DNA of 15,712 nucleotides from a virus (Duplodnaviria; Heunggongvirae; Uroviricota; Caudoviricetes): IMG/VR virus record IMGVR_UViG_2700989173_000009; one strand, 5' to 3'. Shown piece by piece: positions 1 to 6,858 of this stretch (position 1 is its first letter; each line of letters starts with the position of its first letter). The notes under the pieces were generated by a model. It saw only the letters and a program-made list of their open reading frames with translations, ran no database searches and was not told where the DNA came from. The position numbers and the translations under genes were made by a program.

Positions 1-1230
1 ATGAGCAGAGCACTTAACAAACTGAGCGATACACAGCTGAGGAAAATCAACGGCACACCCGCCCAAAAAACAGCCTTTCTTAATGACGGTGGAAACCTGA
101 GCGTCAGGCATTCAACCAGTGGCCTTTTAACCTGGTATTTCACTTACAGGGCCGGAACGGGAAGGGGGGCACCACCGGAACGCATTAAGCTGGGAAATTA
201 TCCTGATCTGAGCCTGAAATCAGCCAGGGAAAAAGCCGCCCAGTGTCGCGCATGGCTGGCAGAGGGGAAAAATCCACGTCATGAGCTTAATTACACCGTA
301 CAGGAAGCGTTAAAGCCGGTAACGGTTGGCGATGCGCTCACCTACTGGCTTGAGTCGTACGCAAAGGAAAACCGCGTGGATTATGCCGCCCTGAAAAAGC
401 GCCTTAATAATCACGTAATACAGCACATTGGTGCTATGCCGCTGGATAAATGCGAGCTACGGCACTGGCTGGCCTGTTTTGACCAGGTGGCAAAGCGAAC
501 GCCTGTTACTGCCGGATTCTTGCTACAGACGTGCAAACAGGCGCTTAAGTTCTGCCGGAGGCGGCGCTATGCAATCAGCAACGTTCTTGATGATATGAGT
601 GTGGCGGACGTTGGGAAAAAACCGGATATAAGCGAGCGTGTCTTAAGCACCAAAGAACTGGGCGAATTATTGCAGGCACTGGACAAAAAAATATTCTCCC
701 CCTACTACATCGCGTTAATCCGCCTCCTGATTGTGTTCGGATGCCGGACGGTAGAACTGAGGTTATCGGAGATCAGCGAGTGGGATTTTACCGAAATGCT
801 CTGGACCGTGCCGAAAGAACACAGCAAAACGAAGGTGGCAATATTCCGGCCCATACCGGAAGCAATACTGCCGTTCGTCACGCAGCTGGTGGAGCAGAAC
901 AGGCACACGGGCTTATTGCTGGGGGAAGTGAAACAGGAAACAAGCGTGTCGCAGTACGGCAGATTAGCGCACAGGAGGCTAAATCACCCTCACTGGTCAC
1001 TACATGACATCCGGCGCACCTTTACAACGATGCTGAACGATTTAGGCGTGGATCCTCACGTCGTGGAGCAGCTTACAGGCCACCAGATGCCAGGAATGCA
1101 GCGAGTTTATAATCATTCCCGTTATCTGGATGCTAAACGCAATGCGCTGGATATGTGGACGGAGCGGTTAGGGATACTGGCGGGAACACATGAAAACGTA
1201 ACCACGCTACCAGTAGCCAGAAGAAAATAA
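1..1230 (+). CDS. int: Phage-type tyrosine recombinase / integrase (P4-like family), 409 aa
   Basis: Uninterrupted ORF starting at base 1 of the window. C-terminal catalytic signature readable in the translation: ...WSLHDIRRTFTTML... (HxxR box) and ...GHQMPGMQRVYNHSRYLD... (conserved His and terminal Tyr nucleophile region). N-terminal region (LSDTQLRK...NDGGNLSVRHSTSG...WYFTYR) matches the usual P4/CP4-57-type arm-binding layout. Upstream promoter and att are outside the window. Confidence 0.9.
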   Translation: MSRALNKLSDTQLRKINGTPAQKTAFLNDGGNLSVRHSTSGLLTWYFTYRAGTGRGAPPERIKLGNYPDLSLKSAREKAAQCRAWLAEGKNPRHELNYTVQEALKPVTVGDALTYWLESYAKENRVDYAALKKRLNNHVIQHIGAMPLDKCELRHWLACFDQVAKRTPVTAGFLLQTCKQALKFCRRRRYAISNVLDDMSVADVGKKPDISERVLSTKELGELLQALDKKIFSPYYIALIRLLIVFGCRTVELRLSEISEWDFTEMLWTVPKEHSKTKVAIFRPIPEAILPFVTQLVEQNRHTGLLLGEVKQETSVSQYGRLAHRRLNHPHWSLHDIRRTFTTMLNDLGVDPHVVEQLTGHQMPGMQRVYNHSRYLDAKRNALDMWTERLGILAGTHENVTTLPVARRK

Positions 1231-1247
1231 TTTTTTTCGTGTTTTTT

Positions 1248-1263
1248 CAGTATGCGCATACTG
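1248..1263. promoter_or_regulatory. Perfect 16-bp palindrome CAGTATGCGCATACTG immediately 3' of int
   Basis: Read directly: cagtatgc|gcatactg is its own reverse complement; it is preceded by two T-runs (1231-1237, 1242-1247) and sits 18 bp after the int stop codon. Candidate dimeric protein-binding site; function unknown. Confidence 0.4.
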
Positions 1264-1270
1264 GATATGC

Positions 1271-1325
1271 GAACAGATACAACGTGCAACAATGAGCAAC
1301 AATGCGGAACAACTACGAACAAGAG
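1271..1325 (-). repeat. Array of 10-bp phased GAACAA/CAACAA repeats (TTGTTC/TTGTTG on the minus strand), 4 exact-phase units plus 1-2 degenerate units
   Basis: AACAA cores at 1288, 1298, 1308 and 1318 (exactly 10 bp apart), with degenerate copies at 1272 and 1279. Helical-repeat phasing suggests cooperative protein binding. Same motif family as 6619-6644 and 14119-14134. Confidence 0.55.
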
Positions 1326-1416
1326 GTGAAAAAGTGTACAGATTTATAAGTAGCTGATTTTTAATGTGTTACTGATTTTTTATACACTAGCGAATCACTC
1401 TTTAAATAGCGAGAAA

Positions 1417-1445
1417 AAAGGCATGAAACAATATTTTATGCCTTT
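1417..1445. terminator. Hairpin AAAGGCAT-N13-ATGCCTTT flanked by an A-run (5') and TTTGT (3'); possible bidirectional or minus-oriented terminator
   Basis: 8-bp perfect stem (1417-1424 / 1438-1445) with a 13-nt loop. On the minus strand the stem is followed by a run of 6 U; on the plus strand only by UUUGU. Weak call. Confidence 0.3.
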
Positions 1446-1604
1446 GTATTAACATGAATTTAAAGGATTTTATCCTGATTATTCCTCTTTCTGTAAACCA
1501 TACGGCCTCAACATTTGCCAACTCTGAATCATCCTGACACAATCAGACACATCCCAACGCAATAGAACACGAAATAACTCTTTAAGAAACGAAAGGGGGC
1601 AATA

Positions 1605-1793
1605 GTGTTAAGCACTGATCGGTTTATACGTGAAAAAGAATGCGAAAAGCTAACAGGCCTTAGCCGCTCATGCCGCTACCGCCTGGAAAAGGCCGGACAA
1701 TTCCCATCACGTCGTAAACTTGGCGGTCGTTCCGTTGGCTGGTCTTTATCCGAGGTTCTGGCCTGGAAGGATAGCTGCAAGGCAGTTCATTAA
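1605..1793 (+). CDS. alpA: AlpA-family (prophage CP4-57 regulatory protein-like) small DNA-binding transcriptional regulator, 62 aa, GTG start
   Basis: Translation ...EKECEKLTGLSRSCRYRLEKAGQFPSRRKLGGRSVGWSLSEVLAWK... has the AlpA/Xis-like helix-turn-helix pattern (TGLSRSxxYRL ... FPxxxKLGxRSVGWxxSEVxxW). Good Shine-Dalgarno AAGGGGG 5 nt before the GTG. Position immediately downstream of int is typical for P4-like and PICI elements. Confidence 0.8.
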   Translation: MLSTDRFIREKECEKLTGLSRSCRYRLEKAGQFPSRRKLGGRSVGWSLSEVLAWKDSCKAVH

Positions 1794-1939
1794 TCACGCT
1801 GGCGGCACGCAGCCGCCACACATCAATCATCTGAACACAGAGCTATAACCATGAAGATTGAATATACGCCAGAACGTGGGCGGGGATTCGTTCGCCCTGG
1901 TGAAACTGGAAAACCACAAAATTGGGGTTTTTCAGGCAT

Positions 1940-1967
1940 AAAAAAAGCGGCCCCGAAATGGAGCCGC
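1940..1967 (-). terminator. Rho-independent terminator oriented for leftward (minus-strand) transcription
   Basis: GC-rich hairpin GCGGCCC-gaaat-GGAGCCGC (1947-1967); on the minus strand it is followed by 7 U (complement of the A-run 1940-1946). Implies a leftward transcript arising somewhere in 1970-2470. Confidence 0.5.
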
Positions 1968-2469
1968 CTTTCTGAACAGATAACCCGCTGCGCCGTTTGT
2001 GTGTGTGATCCCAAACATAAGCACGGGGATGATAGCCGCTATCAGGCTGGTGGGCAATGCAATCAGTCTGGTTCAGTGCGTTGCCATAACTGCGAAGTTC
2101 TCTCCTTTGATGAGTATTCTTTAAGGTACTTCTCAAGGGCAAAAGAACACGGCGCGAATCGTTCTGATTCATGCTCTTTCTTTCTGCGTCGTCTTTTTCG
2201 TGCAGGTGATGTTTTTTCGGTTGATTCTTCGTTGGTCATTGTGTGCGCCTGTAAAGCAATGCGCCGTAGTACCTCACACCACGGCGCTGATAGTTTTTAT
2301 CCTTTGGGTTCTATGCCGCGTTGCTGTAATTCTTTGCGGATTATTCGCTTTATCCAGGCAGCAAGAGAATCATCGCCGTCCTGTTGTTGTGCCTTTTCCA
2401 TCTTTTCCCGTAAGTCAGGATCTAAACGGAACTGGAACGGAGGATTACCACGCCTTTCGTTTTTGTGTG

Positions 2470-2499
2470 TTGACACGTTAATTACACCTCAGGTAATGT
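2470..2499 (+). promoter_or_regulatory. Putative sigma70 promoter of the rightward replication operon (-35 TTGACA, 18-bp spacer, -10 TAATGT), embedded in GTGACAC/TTGACAC dyad elements
   Basis: TTGACA at 2470-2475 and TAATGT at 2494-2499. Flanked by CA/GT-rich imperfect inverted repeats (tgtgtgTTGACAC ... GTGACACattacacaca, 2463-2527) that look operator-like. First downstream gene with a strong RBS starts at 2606. Confidence 0.5.
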
Positions 2500-2543
2500 A
2501 TTTATGTGTAGTGACACATTACACACAATCAACACAAAAAGCA

Positions 2544-2576
2544 AAGCCCCGCACTGTAGGAGCAGTAACGGGGCTT
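2544..2576 (+). promoter_or_regulatory. Stable leader hairpin (8-bp GC-rich stem AAGCCCCG / CGGGGCTT, 17-nt loop) in the 5' UTR of the replication operon, no U-tract
   Basis: Read directly; lies between the putative promoter and the first RBS (AGGAG at 2596-2600). Lacks a T-run, so not a classical intrinsic terminator; could be an RNA processing, stability or regulatory structure. Confidence 0.4.
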
Positions 2577-2605
2577 CTAACCAACAACGTAAACTAGGAG
2601 CCGTT

Positions 2606-2806
2606 ATGGTTGCCGTAAATCATATACCACACCTTGTACACACACAAACGGCCTTTGTGTGGCGTTTTCTGGCACTGAGTGCCGGAGAATCCCAAATCAT
2701 CCACGTAACCGCTTGGACGGAACGCGAAGCGCGTAGCCGTTGCCCGTCCGGTTGTGTTGCTGTATTCGCCGCCCGTATTCGTCAGGGGGAAACCTATGCA
2801 CAATAA
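2606..2806 (+). CDS. Hypothetical small protein, 66 aa (first gene of the rightward operon)
   Basis: ATG at 2606 preceded by a near-consensus Shine-Dalgarno AGGAG (2596-2600) at 5-nt spacing; its stop overlaps the next ORF start by 11 nt, consistent with translational coupling. No recognisable motif. Confidence 0.55.
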   Translation: MVAVNHIPHLVHTQTAFVWRFLALSAGESQIIHVTAWTEREARSRCPSGCVAVFAARIRQGETYAQ

Positions 2807-3017
2807 AACCACACCGAACGCAGCAGCCGCCGCACTCACTACGCTGATGCACGCGCTTATTGATATTGAATGCACGGCAGAGCTTGCGCAGGGAGAAGAA
2901 CAGAAAGACCGGACACAGTTCGCCCTGGAATGTATCCGATACATCGCAACGCGGTCACTGAATGACGCTAAAAATATTCTTGTTGCCGATTGTGAAAATG
3001 GGGGGGGTTATGCGTGA
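2796..3017 (+). CDS. Hypothetical small protein, 73 aa
   Basis: ATG at 2796 with Shine-Dalgarno AGGGGGA 5 nt upstream; overlaps both the previous and the next ORF. Alanine-rich N-terminus. No recognisable motif. Confidence 0.55.
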   Translation: MHNKTTPNAAAAALTTLMHALIDIECTAELAQGEEQKDRTQFALECIRYIATRSLNDAKNILVADCENGGGYA

Positions 3018-3162
3018 TGATCGTTTTAATTCCCTGAAACAGGAATTTTCCGGCGTTCCTGATGATGCGGCTGATGCGCTTTCGTCAATGCCAGAACTTA
3101 TTAGAGCGGCTTTTTTCTTACTTTCCACGAGAGAATATAAATCAACGGGCTTGATGTACTGA
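3010..3162 (+). CDS. Hypothetical small acidic protein, 50 aa
   Basis: ATG at 3010 directly after a G7 tract that can act as Shine-Dalgarno; overlaps the previous stop (3015-3017). Below the 60-aa cutoff of the ORF track (which lists the longer 2962 frame). Low confidence. Confidence 0.4.
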   Translation: MRDDRFNSLKQEFSGVPDDAADALSSMPELIRAAFFLLSTREYKSTGLMY

Positions 3163-3231
3163 ATATCGCCGCCGATTATGCTGATTTCGTGACAGAGGTT
3201 ATTTTAAGAAAAACGACGGACGGGGATTAAT

Positions 3232-3465
3232 ATGCGTGATATTTACCACGAAACAATAGACCGCGCATTTCTTGCACTTTCTCACAGTGAAAACATGCTG
3301 GAAATATTGCGCATATGGCTTGAAACACTTGGCGACAATGAACGCGACAAACAAAAATCAAGAATTGCCACGGCATTAATAACGCTTCTTGAGCCTGTAA
3401 TAATGGAACTGCAAGAAATAGATCTATTGCACGACAGATATAAAGAACAACACACCGGAGAATAA
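3232..3465 (+). CDS. Hypothetical protein, 77 aa
   Basis: ATG at 3232 with an upstream GACGGACGGGGA purine-rich RBS; same strand and operon as the neighbours. No recognisable motif. Confidence 0.55.
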   Translation: MRDIYHETIDRAFLALSHSENMLEILRIWLETLGDNERDKQKSRIATALITLLEPVIMELQEIDLLHDRYKEQHTGE

Positions 3466-3470
3466 AAATA

Positions 3471-3770
3471 ATGAAACTTAAATATTCTGGCTTAACTGCC
3501 AGTGGCAACACTCACCCTAAATTTACGCGCGGTGATATTTACCGCGACCAGTACGGCGGCATGGTAACGATTAAAGGCGTGGCAGAACGGCGCATCACCT
3601 ACCGCCGTGAAGGTTACGAATATGATTGCGTGATGCCTGTTTATCAATTCCGGCGTGATTTCACGCTGGTACAGGCAGCGCCCCGCAGTAAACCAACCAG
3701 CAGGGAGAAAGCACGCGCCAATATTCAGGAAATAAAAAAGATGCTTAACGTATTCAGGGGTAAAAAATGA
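3471..3770 (+). CDS. Hypothetical basic protein, 99 aa, translationally coupled to the replication gene
   Basis: ATG at 3471 after GGAG; its stop overlaps the primase start in an ATGA arrangement (3767-3770). Lys/Arg-rich C-terminus. Function unknown. Confidence 0.6.
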   Translation: MKLKYSGLTASGNTHPKFTRGDIYRDQYGGMVTIKGVAERRITYRREGYEYDCVMPVYQFRRDFTLVQAAPRSKPTSREKARANIQEIKKMLNVFRGKK

Positions 3771-5515
3771 AACTGGCACCGAACGTAAAAAAACAGCCAC
3801 GCGGAATAAAACACAAAGACACAGAGGTAATTATCTTTGCGGGTAGTGATGCCTGGTCGCACGCGAAACAATGGCAGGAGCAGGATGGCCCCGCATCCGG
3901 CGATAATGTGCCGCCTGTGTGGCTTGGGCCAAATCAGCTTGCCGAACTTGATGCACTGAAAATTGTTCCGGATGGAAAAAAACGCGTAAGGCTGTACCAG
4001 GCCGGAGAACTGGATTTGGTGGAGACCAAAAAGATTGGTCAGAAGCTGGCGGCGGCAGATATTCAGGACGCAAATTTTTACCCCGAAGGAATGCACGTCC
4101 AGAAGTGTGAAAACTGGCGGCGCTATCTGAATGCTGAGCGTGAAAATATTGCCGCAGGGCTTACCATGCCGGAGCAGAAAAATACGCAACTGGCACAAAT
4201 GGCAGACAGTGAGCGCGCGCAGCTGCTTGCCGAGCGCTTTGATGGCGTTTGTGTGCATCAGGAAAGTGAAATCGTTCACGTATGGCGCGGCGGGGTATGG
4301 TGTCCGGTCAGCACAATGGAACTTAGCCGCGAAATGGTGGTGATCTATTCAGAGCACAGGGCCACTTTCAGCAAGCGCGTAATCAATAACGCCGTGGAAG
4401 CGTTAAAAGTTATTGCCGAACCAATGGGCGAGCCGTCCGGCGATTTGCTGCCGTTCGCCAATGGTGCGCTTGACCTGAAAACGGGGGAATTTTCCCCGCA
4501 CACGCCGGAGAACTGGATCACCACGCACAACGGCATTGAGTACACGCCACCAGCACCAGGGGAGAACATCCGCGATAACGCGCTAAACTTTCATAAATGG
4601 CTTGAGCACGCAGCCGGAAAAGACCAGCGCAAGATGATGCGTATATGTGCCGCGCTGTACATGATTATGGCGAACCGGTACGACTGGCAGATGTTTATTG
4701 AGGCCACCGGAGACGGCGGGAGCGGTAAAAGTACATTCACACACATAGCCAGCCTTCTGGCAGGGAAACAGAACACGGTAAGCGCTGAAATGACATCGCT
4801 TGATGATGCTGGTGGACGTGCGCAGGTTGTCGGGAGTCGTCTTATCGTCCTGGCTGACCAGCCGAAATATACAGGCGAAGGAACGGGCATCAAGAAAATC
4901 ACGGGCGGTGACCCCGTGGAAATTAACCCGAAATACGAAAAGCGTTTCACGGCTGTAATCAGGGCGGTGGTGCTGGCGACCAACAATAACCCGATGATAT
5001 TCACCGAACGGGCCGGAGGTGTGGCACGTCGTCGCGTGATTTTCCGTTTCGACAATATCGTTAGTGAGGCCGAAAAAGACAGGGAGCTACCGGAAAAGAT
5101 TGCGGCTGAAATCCCTGTCATTATCCGCCGATTGCTGGCGAACTTTACCGACTCTGAGAAAGCACGGGCTTTACTACTGGAACAGCGTGACGGTGATGAA
5201 GCTCTGGCAATAAAGCAACAGACGGATCCGGTTATTGAGTTTTGCCAGTTCCTGAATTTTCTGGAGGAAGCACGCGGCCTGATGATGGGCGGCGGTGGCG
5301 ATTCAGTGAAGTACACGACCAGAAACAGCCTTTACCGCGTCTATCTGGCGTTTATGGCGTACGCAGGCAGGAGCAAACCGCTAAACGTAAATGACTTTGG
5401 CAAGGCTATGAAGCCAGCCGCGAAAGTTTACGGACATGAATATATTACGCGGAAAGTTAAGGGAGTAACGCAGACTAACGCAATAACAACAGACGAGTGC
5501 GACGCGTTTTTATAA
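3767..5515 (+). CDS. Replication initiation protein: primase / P-loop NTPase helicase of the P4-alpha / PICI Pri-Rep type, 582 aa
   Basis: Walker A P-loop ...EATGDGGSGKSTFTH... at about nt 4700-4740 and a downstream Walker-B-like hydrophobic stretch plus acidic residues (RLIVLADQP), in a protein of the expected size. An iteron array immediately follows the gene, as for P4 alpha/crr and PICI pri-rep/ori. Confidence 0.85.
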   Translation: MKLAPNVKKQPRGIKHKDTEVIIFAGSDAWSHAKQWQEQDGPASGDNVPPVWLGPNQLAELDALKIVPDGKKRVRLYQAGELDLVETKKIGQKLAAADIQDANFYPEGMHVQKCENWRRYLNAERENIAAGLTMPEQKNTQLAQMADSERAQLLAERFDGVCVHQESEIVHVWRGGVWCPVSTMELSREMVVIYSEHRATFSKRVINNAVEALKVIAEPMGEPSGDLLPFANGALDLKTGEFSPHTPENWITTHNGIEYTPPAPGENIRDNALNFHKWLEHAAGKDQRKMMRICAALYMIMANRYDWQMFIEATGDGGSGKSTFTHIASLLAGKQNTVSAEMTSLDDAGGRAQVVGSRLIVLADQPKYTGEGTGIKKITGGDPVEINPKYEKRFTAVIRAVVLATNNNPMIFTERAGGVARRRVIFRFDNIVSEAEKDRELPEKIAAEIPVIIRRLLANFTDSEKARALLLEQRDGDEALAIKQQTDPVIEFCQFLNFLEEARGLMMGGGGDSVKYTTRNSLYRVYLAFMAYAGRSKPLNVNDFGKAMKPAAKVYGHEYITRKVKGVTQTNAITTDECDAFL

Positions 5516-5528
5516 TTTTTTGTAATTG

Positions 5529-5766
5529 CTGTCTACCCTGTCTACCTGAGTAAAGAAAAATACATTTAATTCAGTGCATTAAGTTAGGTAGATAGCCTTT
5601 TTTTACTGTCTACCCACTATCTACCCTCTCTACCTGATTTTACCTGAATCAGACAGGGAGGTAGACACGGGGTAGATAGTGGATAAAAGCACTCTACCCC
5701 GCTGAAAGCAGCGCCATTACTGGCATGAGGGCCACTAAGGTAGATAAGGTAGACAAGGGGAGGCAC
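5529..5766. repeat. Origin of replication: at least 11 copies of the iteron (C)TGTCTACC / GGTAGA(C/T)A in both orientations, around an AT-rich segment
   Basis: Tandem CTGTCTACC-CTGTCTACC at 5529-5546; GGTAGATA at 5587-5594; CTGTCTACC, TATCTACC and TCTCTACC at 5607-5634; GGTAGACA at 5660-5667; GGTAGATA at 5671-5678; CTCTACC at 5693-5699; GGTAGATA at 5749-5756; GGTAGACA at 5758-5765. AT-rich stretch at 5550-5590. Confidence 0.8.
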
Positions 5767-5803
5767 AACTCAAAACTTTTTAAACGAGGGGGTAAAAATA
5801 AAT

Positions 5804-6082
5804 ATGCACACTTCAGGGAAATTTAATAAATCATTCAAAAAACGCAGAGACAGAACAGAACCGAAATATCGCGCGTTAGACATGACAGAGCACGCTTTAA
5901 AGGTGGCAATCAGAACGATAGACCGCCACGCGGGGGAAGGATACGCGAAAGCACATCCCGAACTGATAAGCGCATTCATGACCACGACGGCGGCAAATTT
6001 TGCCACGCTGACAGAGCGGGAGATTGCCGAAGCGGAACAGGTAACAACAATCAACGTTAAAACCGGAGAGGTGGAATCATGA
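5804..6082 (+). CDS. Hypothetical protein, 92 aa
   Basis: ATG at 5804 downstream of GAGGGGG (spacing rather long, about 12 nt); first ORF after the origin; overlaps the next ORF (ATGA). No recognisable motif. Confidence 0.5.
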   Translation: MHTSGKFNKSFKKRRDRTEPKYRALDMTEHALKVAIRTIDRHAGEGYAKAHPELISAFMTTTAANFATLTEREIAEAEQVTTINVKTGEVES

Positions 6083-6384
6083 GCGAACCAAAATTTGGTG
6101 AAAAATTTTACAAGCACAACGGACGGATCACGATTCTGCAAATAAGCGCAGCTACACCAGGCTGGTGGGTTGAAACAGACGAAGGATCCTCACCCGTGGC
6201 ATCATGGGAGCTTTGTGTGCTTAGTTACCCTGACCGCGATGTGTATCAGGATATTCTGCCTGTGATATCCACTGACAAAGGCATGAAACCCGTAGACATC
6301 AAAAACATGGGGTTTCAGTGCGTAATGCTCACTGAAAAAATGATGGAAGAGATGAAAAAGAACAATGCCGGATCGCTTCACTGA
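6079..6384 (+). CDS. Hypothetical protein, 101 aa
   Basis: ATG at 6079 with a strong Shine-Dalgarno GGAGAGGTGG; translationally coupled to the previous ORF. No recognisable motif. Confidence 0.55.
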   Translation: MSEPKFGEKFYKHNGRITILQISAATPGWWVETDEGSSPVASWELCVLSYPDRDVYQDILPVISTDKGMKPVDIKNMGFQCVMLTEKMMEEMKKNNAGSLH

Positions 6385-6393
6385 GGTGGCAAT

Positions 6394-6555
6394 ATGACAG
6401 CACAAATTGCAGCTTACGGGCAGCTGGTGGGCGACCCGCTGGTAAAACAGAGCAGCAAGGGCACACCGGAGCCGCCAACGGAGAACTACGCAGACCTGAG
6501 AAATGCAGTAAATCGCACTTACGCAGACATGGGGCTGAGCAAATTAGCAGAGTAG
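6394..6555 (+). CDS. Hypothetical small protein, 53 aa (below the ORF-track cutoff)
   Basis: ATG at 6394 preceded by GAGGTGG; ends with TAG at 6553-6555, 22 nt before a strong intrinsic terminator. Translation: MTAQIAAYGQLVGDPLVKQSSKGTPEPPTENYADLRNAVNRTYADMGLSKLAE. Confidence 0.4.
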   Translation: MTAQIAAYGQLVGDPLVKQSSKGTPEPPTENYADLRNAVNRTYADMGLSKLAE

Positions 6556-6577
6556 GAATATCAGAACCACACCACGC

Positions 6578-6610
6578 AGCCGGAGCAATCCGGCTTTTTG
6601 TTATTTTTTG
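6578..6610 (+). terminator. Rho-independent terminator ending the replication/accessory operon
   Basis: Stem AGCCGGA / TCCGGCT (6578-6584 / 6589-6595) with loop GCAA, followed by TTTTGTTATTTTTTG. Confidence 0.8.
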
Positions 6611-6618
6611 TAAATTAT

Positions 6619-6644
6619 TTGTTCGTGGTTGTTCCACGTTGTTC
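6619..6644 (+). repeat. Three TTGTTC hexamers at exact 10-bp phasing (6619, 6629, 6639) with an embedded CGTGG/CCACG inverted repeat; overlaps a possible -35 of the head-operon promoter
   Basis: Sequence tatTTGTTCgtggTTGTTCcacgTTGTTCac. A TATTTT -10-like hexamer lies 16 bp downstream (6661-6666). Same motif family as 1271-1325 (opposite orientation) and 14119-14134. Confidence 0.55.
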
Positions 6645-6720
6645 ACTGAGCGGATCGGCATATTTTACCCGAACTGAATCATGATTATTCTCGCCCGTGG
6701 TGCCAGGACGCTGGGGCCAC

Positions 6721-6768
6721 TTTCCCGCCTGTTAATGTGCTCGCCAATATTCATTACCAGGCGGGAAA
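6721..6768. promoter_or_regulatory. Perfect 11-bp inverted repeat TTTCCCGCCTG - 26 nt - CAGGCGGGAAA upstream of the head operon
   Basis: Arms at 6721-6731 and 6758-6768 are exact reverse complements; no U-tract follows. Candidate activator/repressor site or RNA stem-loop. Confidence 0.45.
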
Positions 6769-6821
6769 ACGATCGGTGCGATTACTGATTTCCTTATGAA
6801 AAACGGTTGAGTGTTTGCCGC

Positions 6822-6858
6822 GTCCTGGAGTTCCTTACTTAACCCCAGGACTTTTTTT
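6822..6858 (+). terminator. Hairpin (GTCCTGG / CCAGGAC, 16-nt loop) followed by T7, ending exactly at the capsid ATG; candidate intrinsic terminator/attenuator that also sequesters the capsid Shine-Dalgarno (AGGA 6847-6850)
   Basis: Stem 6822-6828 / 6845-6851, T-run 6852-6858, ATG 6859. The only SD-like purines for the capsid start lie inside the 3' arm of the stem. Confidence 0.5.

Noticed and set aside
705-1007. Overlapping ORFs inside int (705-908 minus, 741-1007 plus)
   Set aside because: Alternative-frame ORFs nested in the integrase coding region with junk-like composition.
1843-2172. 109-aa minus-strand ORF
   Set aside because: It reads through the terminator hairpin at 1940-1967 and has no convincing RBS; a different minus frame (2401-2064) looks more protein-like. 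Not called as a gene.
1851-2597. 248-aa plus-strand ORF downstream of alpA
   Set aside because: Translation is Cys/Arg/Ser-rich with low complexity (about 7% Cys), has no Shine-Dalgarno, and runs straight through a minus-strand terminator, the operon promoter and the leader hairpin. Most likely an antisense or chance open frame.
4591-5316. 241-aa minus-strand ORF (also 3725-4279, 3831-4073, 4345-4569) inside the primase gene
   Set aside because: Antisense shadow ORFs of a well-supported plus-strand gene; Ser/Arg/Pro-rich, no RBS.
6811-6858. GTG at 6811 as the capsid start (as in the ORF track)
   Set aside because: That extension would translate through the terminator-like hairpin and T7 tract, and MQRIIELRQQ... 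at 6859 is a typical capsid delta-domain N-terminus. The 6811 start is therefore considered unlikely, though not excluded.
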